A stretch of DNA of 64,000 nucleotides from Candidatus Kaiserbacteria bacterium (GTDB lineage Bacteria > Patescibacteriota > Minisyncoccia > Phycocordibacterales > UBA2100), in the NCBI GenBank assembly GCA_023267655.1, contig JAHFMV010000001.1, positions 95,954 through 159,953 of the forward strand, in the 5' to 3' direction. Shown piece by piece: positions 26,210 to 36,016 of this stretch; within the stretch, counting starts at the first letter, position 1, and the number at the start of each line of letters is the position of its first letter. The notes beneath the pieces are model-generated. The model was not told the DNA's origin. It searched no databases and saw only the letters and a program-made list of their open reading frames with translations. Both the position numbers and the translations under genes were made by a program.

Positions 26210-27604
26210 TTAATGCCCGCTGGAATCCCAATCCTTACTCACGCTTTTGAAGGCAGAAAGTTTTTCTTTGAAAATCTGCTTGATTGCTTCGAGCGATTCA
26301 CTGGTCTTTGCTTCGAAACGGAGAACGAGCGTTGGGGTGTTAGACGACGCGCGCACGAGGCCCCAGCCGTCGTGCATATAGACACGTGCGCCGCTGATAT
26401 CGACGACTTTGTAACCTTCCTTTTTGAAAATATCCACAAGCTCGTCGGTTATTGCGTACTTTTCTTCGTCGGTCGTCTTTACTTGGATCGTCGGCGTGGA
26501 AACGTAATATGGTGTGCCGGCGATTTCTTCTGAAAGCGTACTCTTTTGCTGCGACAAGTATTCGAGCAATTTGAGGCCTGCATAAAACGCATCGTCGAAT
26601 CCGTAGAAATCATCGCCGAAGAAAATGTGCCCACTCATCTCACCGCCGAGCGCTGCATTTTCTTCAGATAATTTTGCTTTGATATACGAATGGCCTGTTT
26701 TCCACATGATAGGAACGCCACCGTGTGCGGCGATGTCTTCTGGGAGCGCTTCGGAGACTTTGACGTCAAAGACGATCTTCGCGCCCGGATGTTTCGCCAG
26801 GACGAGGCGCGAGAGGAGCATCATGTATCGATCTGGCCAGACGATCTGGCCTTTTTCATCCACCACGCCGAGACGGTCGCCATCGCCATCAATCGCGATG
26901 CCGATGTCGCATCCGTTTTTCAAAACCTGCGCGCCGGTGTCCTGCATCATTTTCTCGCCGTCAGGATTTGCGGTGTAGTTCGGATACGATGGATCGACGT
27001 TGGTGAAATGCTCGACGACTTCGCATCCGGCCGCGCGGAATAATTCCGGCGCAAAAAGTCCCGCAGTGCCGTTGCCGGTATTCACGAGGACTTTCAGCGG
27101 TCGTGCAATTTTTGTGCGACCGACGAGATCCGCGATGTAGGCATCTTTCACATCTTCTTTTCGCACCGTACCGACGCCGCCGGCATAATCTTCCTCCTCA
27201 ATAAGTGTGTAGAGGTGGCCGATATCAGCGGGTCCAAGCGTGTTTGATAAATCCATGCCCAATTTGAGTCCATTCCATCCGGCCGGATTATGACTCGCGG
27301 TGATCATGCACAGGCCTTTTGTCTTAAAATGGTACTGTGCAAAATACGACATCGGCGTCGTGACGGTGCCGATGTCGATACAATTGATACCGCTTTCGAG
27401 GAGCGCTTTCAGTGCCTGCGCGTGGAAACTTTCCGAGGTAGTGCGCGCATCATGCCCGACGATACATTCGGTAATCTCCTTATCGCGGAGCATTTTGCCA
27501 AAGCCGCGTGCAATGTGATAGATAGAATCTTCGTTCAACTCGTCGTCCGTCTCTTTACCGCGAATATCGTATTCGCGGAACATCGTCTTTTTCAGCTGCG
27601 CCAT
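26210..27604 (-). CDS. phosphomannomutase / phosphoglucomutase (alpha-D-phosphohexomutase)
   Basis: Active-site TASHNPAGWNGLK, metal-binding DGDGDR, sugar-binding GEMSGH; start set at MAQLKKTMFREYDIRG. Confidence 0.85.
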   Translation of the reverse strand: MAQLKKTMFREYDIRGKETDDELNEDSIYHIARGFGKMLRDKEITECIVGHDARTTSESFHAQALKALLESGINCIDIGTVTTPMSYFAQYHFKTKGLCMITASHNPAGWNGLKLGMDLSNTLGPADIGHLYTLIEEEDYAGGVGTVRKEDVKDAYIADLVGRTKIARPLKVLVNTGNGTAGLFAPELFRAAGCEVVEHFTNVDPSYPNYTANPDGEKMMQDTGAQVLKNGCDIGIAIDGDGDRLGVVDEKGQIVWPDRYMMLLSRLVLAKHPGAKIVFDVKVSEALPEDIAAHGGVPIMWKTGHSYIKAKLSEENAALGGEMSGHIFFGDDFYGFDDAFYAGLKLLEYLSQQKSTLSEEIAGTPYYVSTPTIQVKTTDEEKYAITDELVDIFKKEGYKVVDISGARVYMHDGWGLVRASSNTPTLVLRFEAKTSESLEAIKQIFKEKLSAFKSVSKDWDSSGH

Positions 27605-27707
27605 GGCGCACACTGTACCATATTGTGCTTTCTTCGTACTTATGTCATGAGTACTCTTTAGTACCATGGTCTCAACATGGATACATGCCAACCAACACGT
27701 GCGTTCG

Positions 27708-29072
27708 CTAGAGCGAAATATTGACTTTAATCTTGTTTGAGCCGCCGTCGCCGTCGTGACTATCGTTGCCCTCATCGGAAGGGAATATCTGCACGGTCGG
27801 CGGGAGAATGTTTTGCACTTTAATGTCGCCGGTTGCCGAAGTACCGTTGTGAATTTCAACTTTTATCGAAGCTGGCGCTGATATCTGCACCGTCGTTGTC
27901 GCCCGGAAAGATGTTGATGCTTTGATATCGGTTGCGTTTTTGCCACGTCCACGATCGTTGTTGCGGCCGTTTTGCGAAAAGCGCGAGTGGGCTTTGGCGA
28001 GCGTTGGTGCCGCTTTGAGGAGCACGTCCATCTTTTCCGTAATGACTAGCGCGTCTTGAAACGAATGGAATGCAACAGCGATCTCGTCATTTTCGAGTTG
28101 TGTATCACCATCCGCGAGAAGTCCTTGCACCTGCGTAAACTGGTCTTCGGCCCGCGCTTTTGCGTTTGCATCGAGATCAGTATTTGCCTCGACTGCCGCG
28201 CGGACGCTATTGAATTTACTATTCGCCGCATCGTGCATGCGAAGCGCGGCAGAGCGGCTGACTTCTTTTTCTGCACTTGTCGCCGCCGTGTCTTCAGTGG
28301 TGTCGGTTGTCGCCGTTTCTTGCGGTGAGATCGCCTTTGCAGCAAATGAGAGAGTCGCTGCCGCTGGTGCCGCGGCAACGGTTGCAATGACATTGTCGCT
28401 CACCGATGCGTTTTCTTCGGCGCGTGTTCGGATCGCGGCGATTGCGCGTCCCGCATCGTGGATAGCGTTTGAAAGGTCGGCGGTGTCGGCGTTGTCGTCC
28501 GACTGCACTTCGGCAAGAACGGCGTCGTGTGCGGCGAGACGCGTCTCAAAGCGCGAAGCGATTTCGGCCGCGGCAGGGGAATCAGTATCGTCGGTTTTCT
28601 GGATGTTGTCGGATGCGGCCGTTGCGTGGGATTCGAATGCTACCGCGAGATCCTGTTGTGTTTTGCTATCGAGGCGGCCTTCGGATGCGAGCGCTGCGGC
28701 TTCATCAATGCGACGCTCGGCAAGATCGATCTGCACATTGGCTTTTGCCTCCGCGGTGGTCGCGAGTGCGATGCGGACGGGTTCGTTGATGTATGTTTTC
28801 ACGGCGTAGAGCGAATCACCGGGGAGGGCATTTTCTGCAGCGTATGAAATGCCGGTGCCGCCGACTAGCACGAGGACGAGCGCCGCAGCAAGCGGGCGAT
28901 GGGCAAACGACAGCCATGAGTACGAAATAGAAACCGAATAACTCCGCGGCGTGCGTAGTGGCTTGTGCGCGACGTACTCGTTGATAACTCGCGACATCTT
29001 CGCGCGTTCATCGGCCGAAAGTGAATATTCTCCCCCGGCTGTTTCGATTAGTTTCTCAAAATTTTGACTCAT
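27708..29072 (-). CDS. putative anti-sigma factor, membrane protein (DUF5667-like), low-complexity Ala/Thr/Asp-rich
   Basis: Start overlaps the sigma stop (ATGA); single TM helix; long coiled/low-complexity extracytoplasmic region; position immediately downstream of the ECF sigma. Confidence 0.5.
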   Translation of the reverse strand: MSQNFEKLIETAGGEYSLSADERAKMSRVINEYVAHKPLRTPRSYSVSISYSWLSFAHRPLAAALVLVLVGGTGISYAAENALPGDSLYAVKTYINEPVRIALATTAEAKANVQIDLAERRIDEAAALASEGRLDSKTQQDLAVAFESHATAASDNIQKTDDTDSPAAAEIASRFETRLAAHDAVLAEVQSDDNADTADLSNAIHDAGRAIAAIRTRAEENASVSDNVIATVAAAPAAATLSFAAKAISPQETATTDTTEDTAATSAEKEVSRSAALRMHDAANSKFNSVRAAVEANTDLDANAKARAEDQFTQVQGLLADGDTQLENDEIAVAFHSFQDALVITEKMDVLLKAAPTLAKAHSRFSQNGRNNDRGRGKNATDIKASTSFRATTTVQISAPASIKVEIHNGTSATGDIKVQNILPPTVQIFPSDEGNDSHDGDGGSNKIKVNISL

Positions 29073-29659
29073 ACGATTTTTGTGTTGTCCGTGTGCAGGC
29101 TTGGCTTGCACAGTTCACGAAGTTTGTGGGTGCCGCGATGGATGCGGACGGATACTACGTTTTCTGAAATGCCGATCATGGTGGAAATTTCTTTGGGGCT
29201 TAGGCCATCAATATATCGCATCGTTATCACATCGCGATAGGTGTCGGGGAGTTCGGGAATATGTGCGCGGATTTCTGCAAGCATGCGAACCTCGTCAAAT
29301 GATTCCTCCGTCTCGCGCACCGAACCTTCGGAAAGTCGAGCCTCCATCGCACCCGTATCGTTTTCAAGTATCTCGTCAAGCGACGACGATTTCTTTTTCC
29401 GGTATTCGTCGATGATGAGGTTGTTAAGAGCGCGGTACAGAAATGCCTTGTACTGTTCCACAACGCCACCGCCTTGCACATAATCCCACGTCTTGAGGAA
29501 TGCATCCTGCACGAGATCAAGCGCGCGTTCGCGGTTGGAAATGCGGAACGCGGCATGACGAAACAGTGCGTCGGCATAGTGTTCGTATGCCTCTAGATAC
29601 GCGCTTTCTGTCGCTTTTGCACGGGTGTCTGTCATAGAAGACGGGTTGGGTAGCTGCAC
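29069..29659 (-). CDS. ECF-type RNA polymerase sigma-70 factor
   Basis: Sigma-70 region 2 (DLVQDAFLKTWDY) and region 4 (LSPKEISTMIGISENVVSVRIHRG). Confidence 0.85.
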   Translation of the reverse strand: MQLPNPSSMTDTRAKATESAYLEAYEHYADALFRHAAFRISNRERALDLVQDAFLKTWDYVQGGGVVEQYKAFLYRALNNLIIDEYRKKKSSSLDEILENDTGAMEARLSEGSVRETEESFDEVRMLAEIRAHIPELPDTYRDVITMRYIDGLSPKEISTMIGISENVVSVRIHRGTHKLRELCKPSLHTDNTKIV

Positions 29660-29702
29660 CTTACTACTTTCGATGCTTCCCAGACATTTATTCTAATCGC
29701 AA

Positions 29703-29735
29703 GGCGGCTCGTTTCCTAGAGGAAACGAGCCGCCG
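29703..29735 (-). terminator. long hairpin, probable terminator of the 29753-30487 gene
   Basis: Perfect hairpin GGCGGCTCGTTTCCTAGAGGAAACGAGCCGCC. Confidence 0.45.
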
Positions 29736-29752
29736 CCGCTCACGAGTGAGAA

Positions 29753-30487
29753 TTAATGATTCCAGAAGTGAACCCAGAAGTTGCCACGGAACCAGCCGCG
29801 CATCCAGCCATTTCCACCGTCGTGATCGTCATCTTTGTGACTCTTTGTCGTTGAAGCGACATCGACAGCCGTCGCGCTGAAGATTGTCGATGATGCATTG
29901 AACATGCCCATCAAGCGAACTTTTGCGTTGAGGAAGAGGTCAGCAAATCCGCCTGTCTTGCCATTAACCGAGAACTTTGTCGAACTACCGGTCTGCACTG
30001 AAGTCGTGGCATTACCGTTCACAACCGTGAACGAATTCAGCGATGTGTTAATCGCGCTGACAGTTCCCTCAATGTGTGCCTTCGCTTGCGTCTTTGACCA
30101 ATCTTTCACCGCCTTCGCTTTTACCGTGAGGCCGCTGACTGACTGATCGATCGCACCGCGAAACGAGATCACATCACCGACCGCGATATTCGCAAGTCCT
30201 GATACGCCGCCCTTCGCAGCGAATTCAGTGTTGCCGTCGGTCTTCACGAGCCAGTTCATAACAGATGAACCAAACGACGTGTTCGCGCTAACATCCGAAC
30301 CGGAAACTGCCGTGACCTTTGCACCTTCTACTTGTGCATTTCCACCGGCACCGATGTGGACATCAATCCCCGGAAGGGAATCCGCATGCGCCATGCCCGC
30401 AAAGGCAAGGATCGTGAGAGCGGAAAGAGCCCCCACAACCATCGAGCTAAGAACGAGAGGAGTAAGAGAGAAACCATGTGTTTTTTG
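29753..30487 (-). CDS. secreted Gly/Thr/Ser-rich protein with signal peptide (DUF5666-like), upstream of the ECF sigma
   Basis: Signal peptide (MQKTHGFSLTPLVLSSMVVGALSALTILAFAGMAHA), beta-rich repeats, and a His/Trp-rich C-terminus (HKDDDHDGGNGWMRGWFRGNFWVHFWNH). Confidence 0.5.
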   Translation of the reverse strand, partial: QKTHGFSLTPLVLSSMVVGALSALTILAFAGMAHADSLPGIDVHIGAGGNAQVEGAKVTAVSGSDVSANTSFGSSVMNWLVKTDGNTEFAAKGGVSGLANIAVGDVISFRGAIDQSVSGLTVKAKAVKDWSKTQAKAHIEGTVSAINTSLNSFTVVNGNATTSVQTGSSTKFSVNGKTGGFADLFLNAKVRLMGMFNASSTIFSATAVDVASTTKSHKDDDHDGGNGWMRGWFRGNFWVHFWNH

Positions 30488-30704
30488 CATAGGTTTGAGA
30501 GCCAATTATGACTAATGTCGTACGGTGGCTCTCGTATATGAAGACGAAGTAGGGCACCACGGACTTTCCTTGACAATTTATCGTAGATTCGTCATAGTAA
30601 ATCTACTATCGAGCGTTTCGGTAGTCTCGGACATAGGGCTCAGCCTTCGGCAAACGAGTACCGCACCGAGCGTTCTTCATCAGGTCAACGACGGAGAGTG
30701 TCAC

Positions 30705-31835
30705 ATGACCGTTAGGATCCCTATCCGTATCCTCGATGCAAACATCCGCAAGTCGACATCGAACAAGGAGCGGACCATCTTGCGAGGCGTCATTCATCCG
30801 GAGAGTCTCAGTGCTCTCCAGGTGGACGACTATCAACGTGAGGCGCAGCAGCCATCGTCGCTCATGAGTATTATTGAGGCCCTTGAAGAGGGCGAACCGC
30901 TTCAGAATCTGGATCTCGGAATGCGCGGTGAAAAGTATCAGATCCGCGACGGCATCTTTTATCTGCAGGACCCGACGTTCATCATCGACGGTCTGCAGCG
31001 CGTGACGGCGACCAAGCTGTTCATGGCGGATAATCCTGACGTGCCGCCTGCGTATTTGGGCGTGACCATCTACTTCAATACCACTCACGAGTGGGAGAGG
31101 GAGATGTTCATCACCGTCAACACCAGGCGACGCCGCGTATCCCCCGACAAGATTATGTTCAATCGCCGCGAGACAAGCGAGGGTGTGGGCATGCTGTACA
31201 AGCTCTGCAGTGATCCCAAGTTTGCACTTCAGGATAAGGTGGCATGGTCGCAGAACAAGGGCAGTAAGTTTGTGGGGGCTTTCAGCCTTTGCAAACTCAT
31301 GTGCGTCCTGCATGTTCACAAGGTCAACGGCCTGTCGAACGACAAGGATGTCGTTTGTGCGCATCTCGATCGCATCTTGGGCGACGTGGGCGTCGGAGTC
31401 ATGCGCGATAATGTGCGGCTGTTCTTCGATCTGATCGACAGCACCTGGGGGTTGAGGAACCTCCAACACTACCAGAAGGCGCCACACATTAAGTTCGGAT
31501 TCCTCTTCGTCTTCGCGCGTTTCCTCTCGGATCACACCGAGTTTTGGAGGAGCGACGACAAGCGGTTGTTCGTGGATATGCCGCTCCGAAAGGCGTTGCA
31601 CAAGTTCAATGTGCACGAACCGATCCATGCGAACCTCTGCGGTGCGTCGGGCAAGGCGCTTGATCAGCTCTACGACTACCTCGTCGATGACTTCAACAAG
31701 GGCAAGCGTGGAAAGCGTCTGCGTCCCCGTCATGCGCACTTCGTGAGCATGGCCAGCAAGGATATGGCGTCCGGCGCAATCGATCCTTCCGATCCGTCGC
31801 AGGAGGATTTGCCTCCGGCCGAGGCAGCTGAATAG
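30705..31835 (+). CDS. ParB/Srx-fold DGQHR/DUF262-like (DndB-like) protein
   Basis: Paired YQRE...(IIDGLQRVTATKLF) motifs match the DUF262 DGQQR and DndB DGQHR signatures; a downstream F..VNTRRRRVSPDKIMF region resembles the DGQHR-domain continuation; GGAGAG RBS upstream; the ORF track started earlier but was trimmed to MTVRIP. Confidence 0.55.
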   Translation: MTVRIPIRILDANIRKSTSNKERTILRGVIHPESLSALQVDDYQREAQQPSSLMSIIEALEEGEPLQNLDLGMRGEKYQIRDGIFYLQDPTFIIDGLQRVTATKLFMADNPDVPPAYLGVTIYFNTTHEWEREMFITVNTRRRRVSPDKIMFNRRETSEGVGMLYKLCSDPKFALQDKVAWSQNKGSKFVGAFSLCKLMCVLHVHKVNGLSNDKDVVCAHLDRILGDVGVGVMRDNVRLFFDLIDSTWGLRNLQHYQKAPHIKFGFLFVFARFLSDHTEFWRSDDKRLFVDMPLRKALHKFNVHEPIHANLCGASGKALDQLYDYLVDDFNKGKRGKRLRPRHAHFVSMASKDMASGAIDPSDPSQEDLPPAEAAE

Positions 31836-31962
31836 TCGTGACCGAATAGCAAATAAGAGGGGCTGTCCTTGTGATGGCCCCTTTACTTTTTAATGTTGTA
31901 TGGTATTTTGAGATTGGACTGCACCTTGACATAGGCTCTAACGCAACAGAAGGTCCCTGACG

Positions 31963-33471
31963 ATGCCTAACCTCACCATAACCTGCGAGCAGCAAACACT
32001 GCGACCCATTATCCCTGGCCTCGAAAAGCATATAACGCGCCTTGCGGCGCATATCAAACTCGAGTGCGAACTTGTCCTCACTCCAGTCGAAGCGAGGAAA
32101 AGCGGTGCACACACGCAAGGTCTCCATACTCAAGCCTACGAGCAGAATGATGCCGAACCGGCGGTCTTGCTCCTCTATCAGTCATCCGAAGACAACTGCT
32201 GGCTCTGGCGACTGCGTTTTCCGAGCGGCACCGATGCCCAGTTGATGTATGGACGTCTTGGTATTGCGATCGAAAAGGGTCAACACCTTGTGGACGCGAA
32301 AAAGATGAATGGCCATGCAGGTCACATCTCGCCTGCAAGCTCAGCATTGTTCAGTGACGAGCAACTCGCAACATCGGCAAAAGCTATGGAACGTTCCGTG
32401 GGTCAGGGTGAGATAGCGAACCTCATCGTCGTCGAACTCCGCAACGGTCTTGGTAAAGACCAGGTGGAGTTCAGTGAAGCATATGCGCTCTCGCGGTTGC
32501 TACGCGCTGATTCCCACTACAAAGGGGACACGGCTCGTGTTGTGTTGCGAGCAATTACCAATCGCTTGTTGGTAAATAGCAGTCCTGAAAGCGGAATGTA
32601 CCGTTTTGGCGCACGAGGTAATGAAATCCTTCAGGCATATGACCTCGAACAAGCGCGTCAGAAAGCTCAGGAAGATGCAGAAGCTGCTGAGGCGCGCAGA
32701 CGCGCTTCGACTGTTTCTCCTGCACGCATCAAGTCGCCTGATTGGGTTGACGATGAGTCTCCCGACGATCAGGAGGCGTCATTACAACGGGCGTCAATGT
32801 TTACGCAAAATCCTGACAATGTGGCGCTCTCCCTGCGTTTCATCTGTAGCCACGGAGATTGGTCAACAGATGCTGCGCCCGTGCTTCGACGCGGACATGC
32901 ACTCGACAAAATCGTTCAATGCTCTCGAGAAACCTTGAGCAGACGAGATGCCGGTCGCGTACTCAAGACGTTCTCCAGGCGTGGGTATTTCGAGTATTAC
33001 AATGAGGGTGACCTCATCCAAATCAATCCAGCCGGTATCGCAATGGCTCGTTCCTGCAGGATTGGTGACGTTCCCGCTTGGGCAAGACCTTTTCGGGGGG
33101 ACGCGGCACAGATCAATGTCAAAGAGAAGACGCCCGCGACTCGGGCAGAGCCTGTTCGAGCCCATTCTACGCCGGTCGTTGAAGCTGCAGAGGTCACTAC
33201 GCCAAAGGTCGGACCGGACTATATCCGCGATCTTACCGCTCGTGTGGCAAAATTCGATGCCGCGACAAAGGTCGTCGAGACCGCAGAAAAAAGAATCGGC
33301 GAGATTAACCAGGAGCTCTCGGAATTGGAAACCAAAACAGCGATTCTGAAGGCAGAGCGACAGAGTCTCGCGACGAGTCTGGTCGAGTCGAGAGTAACGG
33401 TGGCGGACTCGCAATATCAGCAAGCCGTAGAAGAGCTGAAAAGCATCAGAGCGATGCTCGAGTTGAAATAG
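31963..33471 (+). CDS. hypothetical 502-aa protein with C-terminal coiled coil, no recognisable domain
   Basis: Long unique ORF in the same orientation, downstream of the DGQHR-like gene; C-terminal heptad-like segment (EINQELSELETKTAILKAERQSL). Confidence 0.5.
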   Translation: MPNLTITCEQQTLRPIIPGLEKHITRLAAHIKLECELVLTPVEARKSGAHTQGLHTQAYEQNDAEPAVLLLYQSSEDNCWLWRLRFPSGTDAQLMYGRLGIAIEKGQHLVDAKKMNGHAGHISPASSALFSDEQLATSAKAMERSVGQGEIANLIVVELRNGLGKDQVEFSEAYALSRLLRADSHYKGDTARVVLRAITNRLLVNSSPESGMYRFGARGNEILQAYDLEQARQKAQEDAEAAEARRRASTVSPARIKSPDWVDDESPDDQEASLQRASMFTQNPDNVALSLRFICSHGDWSTDAAPVLRRGHALDKIVQCSRETLSRRDAGRVLKTFSRRGYFEYYNEGDLIQINPAGIAMARSCRIGDVPAWARPFRGDAAQINVKEKTPATRAEPVRAHSTPVVEAAEVTTPKVGPDYIRDLTARVAKFDAATKVVETAEKRIGEINQELSELETKTAILKAERQSLATSLVESRVTVADSQYQQAVEELKSIRAMLELK

Positions 33472-33583
33472 ATTGAAACGGGGTGGTCTCGCGCAGACCA
33501 CCCTTTTTTTGTTTGATAAACGATGGTAATCGTAGTACTATGTCGTCGGACTCGCAGTCACACTGAATCGGAAAGGTCGTATC

Positions 33584-34345
33584 ATGGAACCGGCACTAGA
33601 TCTCACGCGTGGCACTGCAAAGGAGTGTCTTGCACATTACTTTGCGACAGAGTGGAATGGGCACTCACGAATTGCTCTCGCACATCTTGCGGGGTGCCAC
33701 ATCAAGTCAGTAGGGGGATGGTCTCGAGGTACGACTATTCCTAAAGGTGAAAACCTTTTGCGTGTCACGCACTACCTTGCACTCCTTGGCTATAGTGTCG
33801 TCGAACTCGACCGCATAGACCTCGACGTTCGGCGCCTTGGCCAGATGATTCTGCTCGGGATTCGCACGATACATGATCTGGCGGATACGTTGGAGTATAG
33901 TGGCACCACCGTCGCTGAGCGGCACAGTGAGTTATATCGGATTCTTTTGCGCGGTGGTGGTATGACCGCAAAACGTGCGCAGCAGGTAAAAATACTCGTA
34001 TCCGAGCACGCTGGTACACTTGAGTCTGCGCTCGCCGAATTCGAAAAAAAACGACCGCGTGTTCGAAATCAGTCACCCACATTTCCGCCAGGGCTTTCTC
34101 CGGGTCAAGGCACGTCGCCGAGGAGAATTCCAACGCAGGTGAAAGTGCAGGGGAGCACTGCACGTGATGAAGCGAGCAACAATGTTCAGGTGAGCATCGC
34201 GGCCGGACTTGTTCAATCGCTTTTACAACATGTGCAGCGCTTCGCGAATCACGATAAGCAGCATCTAGAGGCATTTCGCAAGCGCTCGCCAGAAATGCGC
34301 GAGCTCGGAGAATATTTGCTAGCTATTGCTTCGAAGACGATCTGA
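33584..34345 (+). CDS. hypothetical protein with N-terminal HTH-like segment
   Basis: IALAHLAGCHIKSVGGWSRGTTIPKGENLLRVTHYL resembles an XRE-type HTH; the rest is unrecognised. Confidence 0.45.
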   Translation: MEPALDLTRGTAKECLAHYFATEWNGHSRIALAHLAGCHIKSVGGWSRGTTIPKGENLLRVTHYLALLGYSVVELDRIDLDVRRLGQMILLGIRTIHDLADTLEYSGTTVAERHSELYRILLRGGGMTAKRAQQVKILVSEHAGTLESALAEFEKKRPRVRNQSPTFPPGLSPGQGTSPRRIPTQVKVQGSTARDEASNNVQVSIAAGLVQSLLQHVQRFANHDKQHLEAFRKRSPEMRELGEYLLAIASKTI

Positions 34346-34430
34346 TGCAGAGGCGGGGCCACATCGGTCCCGCCGTTTCACTTTTCATATAAATGTGGTA
34401 CTATATTTCCGGGTAGCAAGCGAGGATGTG

Positions 34431-34580
34431 ATGGTACAGCGTAGACGAAGATCGCGACGTAAGAAGTATCTTCAACCACTAGCAACCGCGAGCGTGTTGC
34501 TCTCAAAAACGAAACGGCAAGTCTTTTGGGCGGCAGTATATGTTGCCGAGTGCAGACGTCTTTTGAGGAGGAAACAATGA
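34431..34580 (+). CDS. small Arg-rich ORF (49 aa), speculative
   Basis: GAGGATG RBS; MVQRRRRSRRKKYLQ...; followed directly by a GGGCCGATCGAACGGCCCTTTT terminator. Confidence 0.2.
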   Translation: MVQRRRRSRRKKYLQPLATASVLLSKTKRQVFWAAVYVAECRRLLRRKQ

Positions 34581-34600
34581 GGGCCGATCGAACGGCCCTT
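34578..34600 (+). terminator. rho-independent terminator
   Basis: GGGCCGATCGAACGGCCC followed by TTTTATATTT. Confidence 0.55.
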
Positions 34601-35028
34601 TTATATTTCCTCCGCCTCGAAATTGGCGAATTCGACGTTTTAACAACAAGTTAATGCGCCGAGAGGCCGCAGTGCTTTGCACTTGCGGCCTCTCGGCTTA
34701 TTCGATACGTGGCGTGCTCTCTGGCTCTGCCGCGACGAGTAGATGATGTGCATCCATACGCTTTTTGTTACCTTTTTAACACTAGGCTTCTGCGCTTGCT
34801 CGAGGGAGCAGCGCGAAGAACAGCATCTCTGTGCACATTCTAAAATTGTGCCGGTGAAGCATGTATGAATTCATCGTGCACCAACAGCTCGGACAGACGC
34901 GTATAAATAATTGCCACGGCGATGAAATAAATGTCGAGGCTTCCAAGTTCTAGGCACTTGGAAAAACCAAAAGACGCACCAACGTGCGTCTTTTTGGCGT
35001 ATAGTAGGGAGACGCTCACGCGCCCGCT

Positions 35029-35613
35029 TTGCCTATGTCCCTCACCGATTCTGAACTCGTGCTTTCCTATCGGGAAGGCGATGACCAGGCGTTTGAATCA
35101 TTGATTGCGCGGCACACCGATGCGATCTTCGCATATCTCGCGCGGCTCACGGGAGATCGGGAAGTCGCCGCCGATCTTACCCAAGAGACATTTGTGAAAG
35201 CGTGGAAAAATCTTGCCCGATTTCGAGAGAGCGAAAATTTTAAAACATGGGCCTTCACGATCGCACGCAATTCGGCATACGATTGGTTGCGCAAAAAGAA
35301 ATCGGTTGTCTTCTCGGCACTGGATGGTGAAGAATTTTCATTTGCGGACACGATCGCGGATACCGAGCCGCTCGCAGACGAGGTCCGGATCCGTTTCGAA
35401 GACGCGCATTTTCTTGAAAAACTTCTCACCGGCCTTCCCGCCGATTCGCGCGAAATCTTGCTCCTCCATTATGTCGACGAGATGACGTTCGATGAAATAG
35501 GCCGGGTGCGAGGGGAGCCTTTGAATACGGTAAAGAGCCGCCATAGGCGCGCCCTCATTGCACTTCGCGAACAGGCCGCGGGCACCAAAGGGAGCCCCAA
35601 TGACGTACAATAG
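35029..35613 (+). CDS. ECF-type RNA polymerase sigma-70 factor
   Basis: Region 2 (DLTQETFVKAWKN) and region 4 (MTFDEIGRVRGEPLNTVKSRHRRAL). Confidence 0.85.
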   Translation: MPMSLTDSELVLSYREGDDQAFESLIARHTDAIFAYLARLTGDREVAADLTQETFVKAWKNLARFRESENFKTWAFTIARNSAYDWLRKKKSVVFSALDGEEFSFADTIADTEPLADEVRIRFEDAHFLEKLLTGLPADSREILLLHYVDEMTFDEIGRVRGEPLNTVKSRHRRALIALREQAAGTKGSPNDVQ

Positions 35614-36016
35614 ATGTATGACCGATTTCCGGCAGATTTTTCATAAGCTCCGCCCGCTCATCGCTCCGATGGGTCTCAAGGCGGCTATTGTGGCGCGGAT
35701 TCGATTCGAAGAGCGCCGCGTTGCGCGCCGTGCAGTTTTCATTACGACGCCGATCCTCGCCTTGTCGTTTGCAGGACTCGCATGGGGCGTGACATCCGCG
35801 GCAACGTCTCTCGCGCATTCATCGCTCGGGCAATATCTCTCGCTCGCGGTTTCCGATCCGATGTCGGTCGCTGCGCTCTGGCAATCGTTCTCGCTCACGA
35901 TCATTGAATCATTGCCGATCTTCGCGCTTACGATTATCATCGGCGCACTGGTGGCGCTTCTTGCGTCTGCATTTGTCGCTGCGCATAACGTAAAGCGGGC
36001 GTTTTCTTTTGCATGA
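35600..36016 (+). CDS. membrane protein, candidate anti-sigma factor
   Basis: Start overlaps the sigma stop; two TM helices; position typical of a cognate anti-sigma. Confidence 0.4.
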   Translation: MTYNRCMTDFRQIFHKLRPLIAPMGLKAAIVARIRFEERRVARRAVFITTPILALSFAGLAWGVTSAATSLAHSSLGQYLSLAVSDPMSVAALWQSFSLTIIESLPIFALTIIIGALVALLASAFVAAHNVKRAFSFA

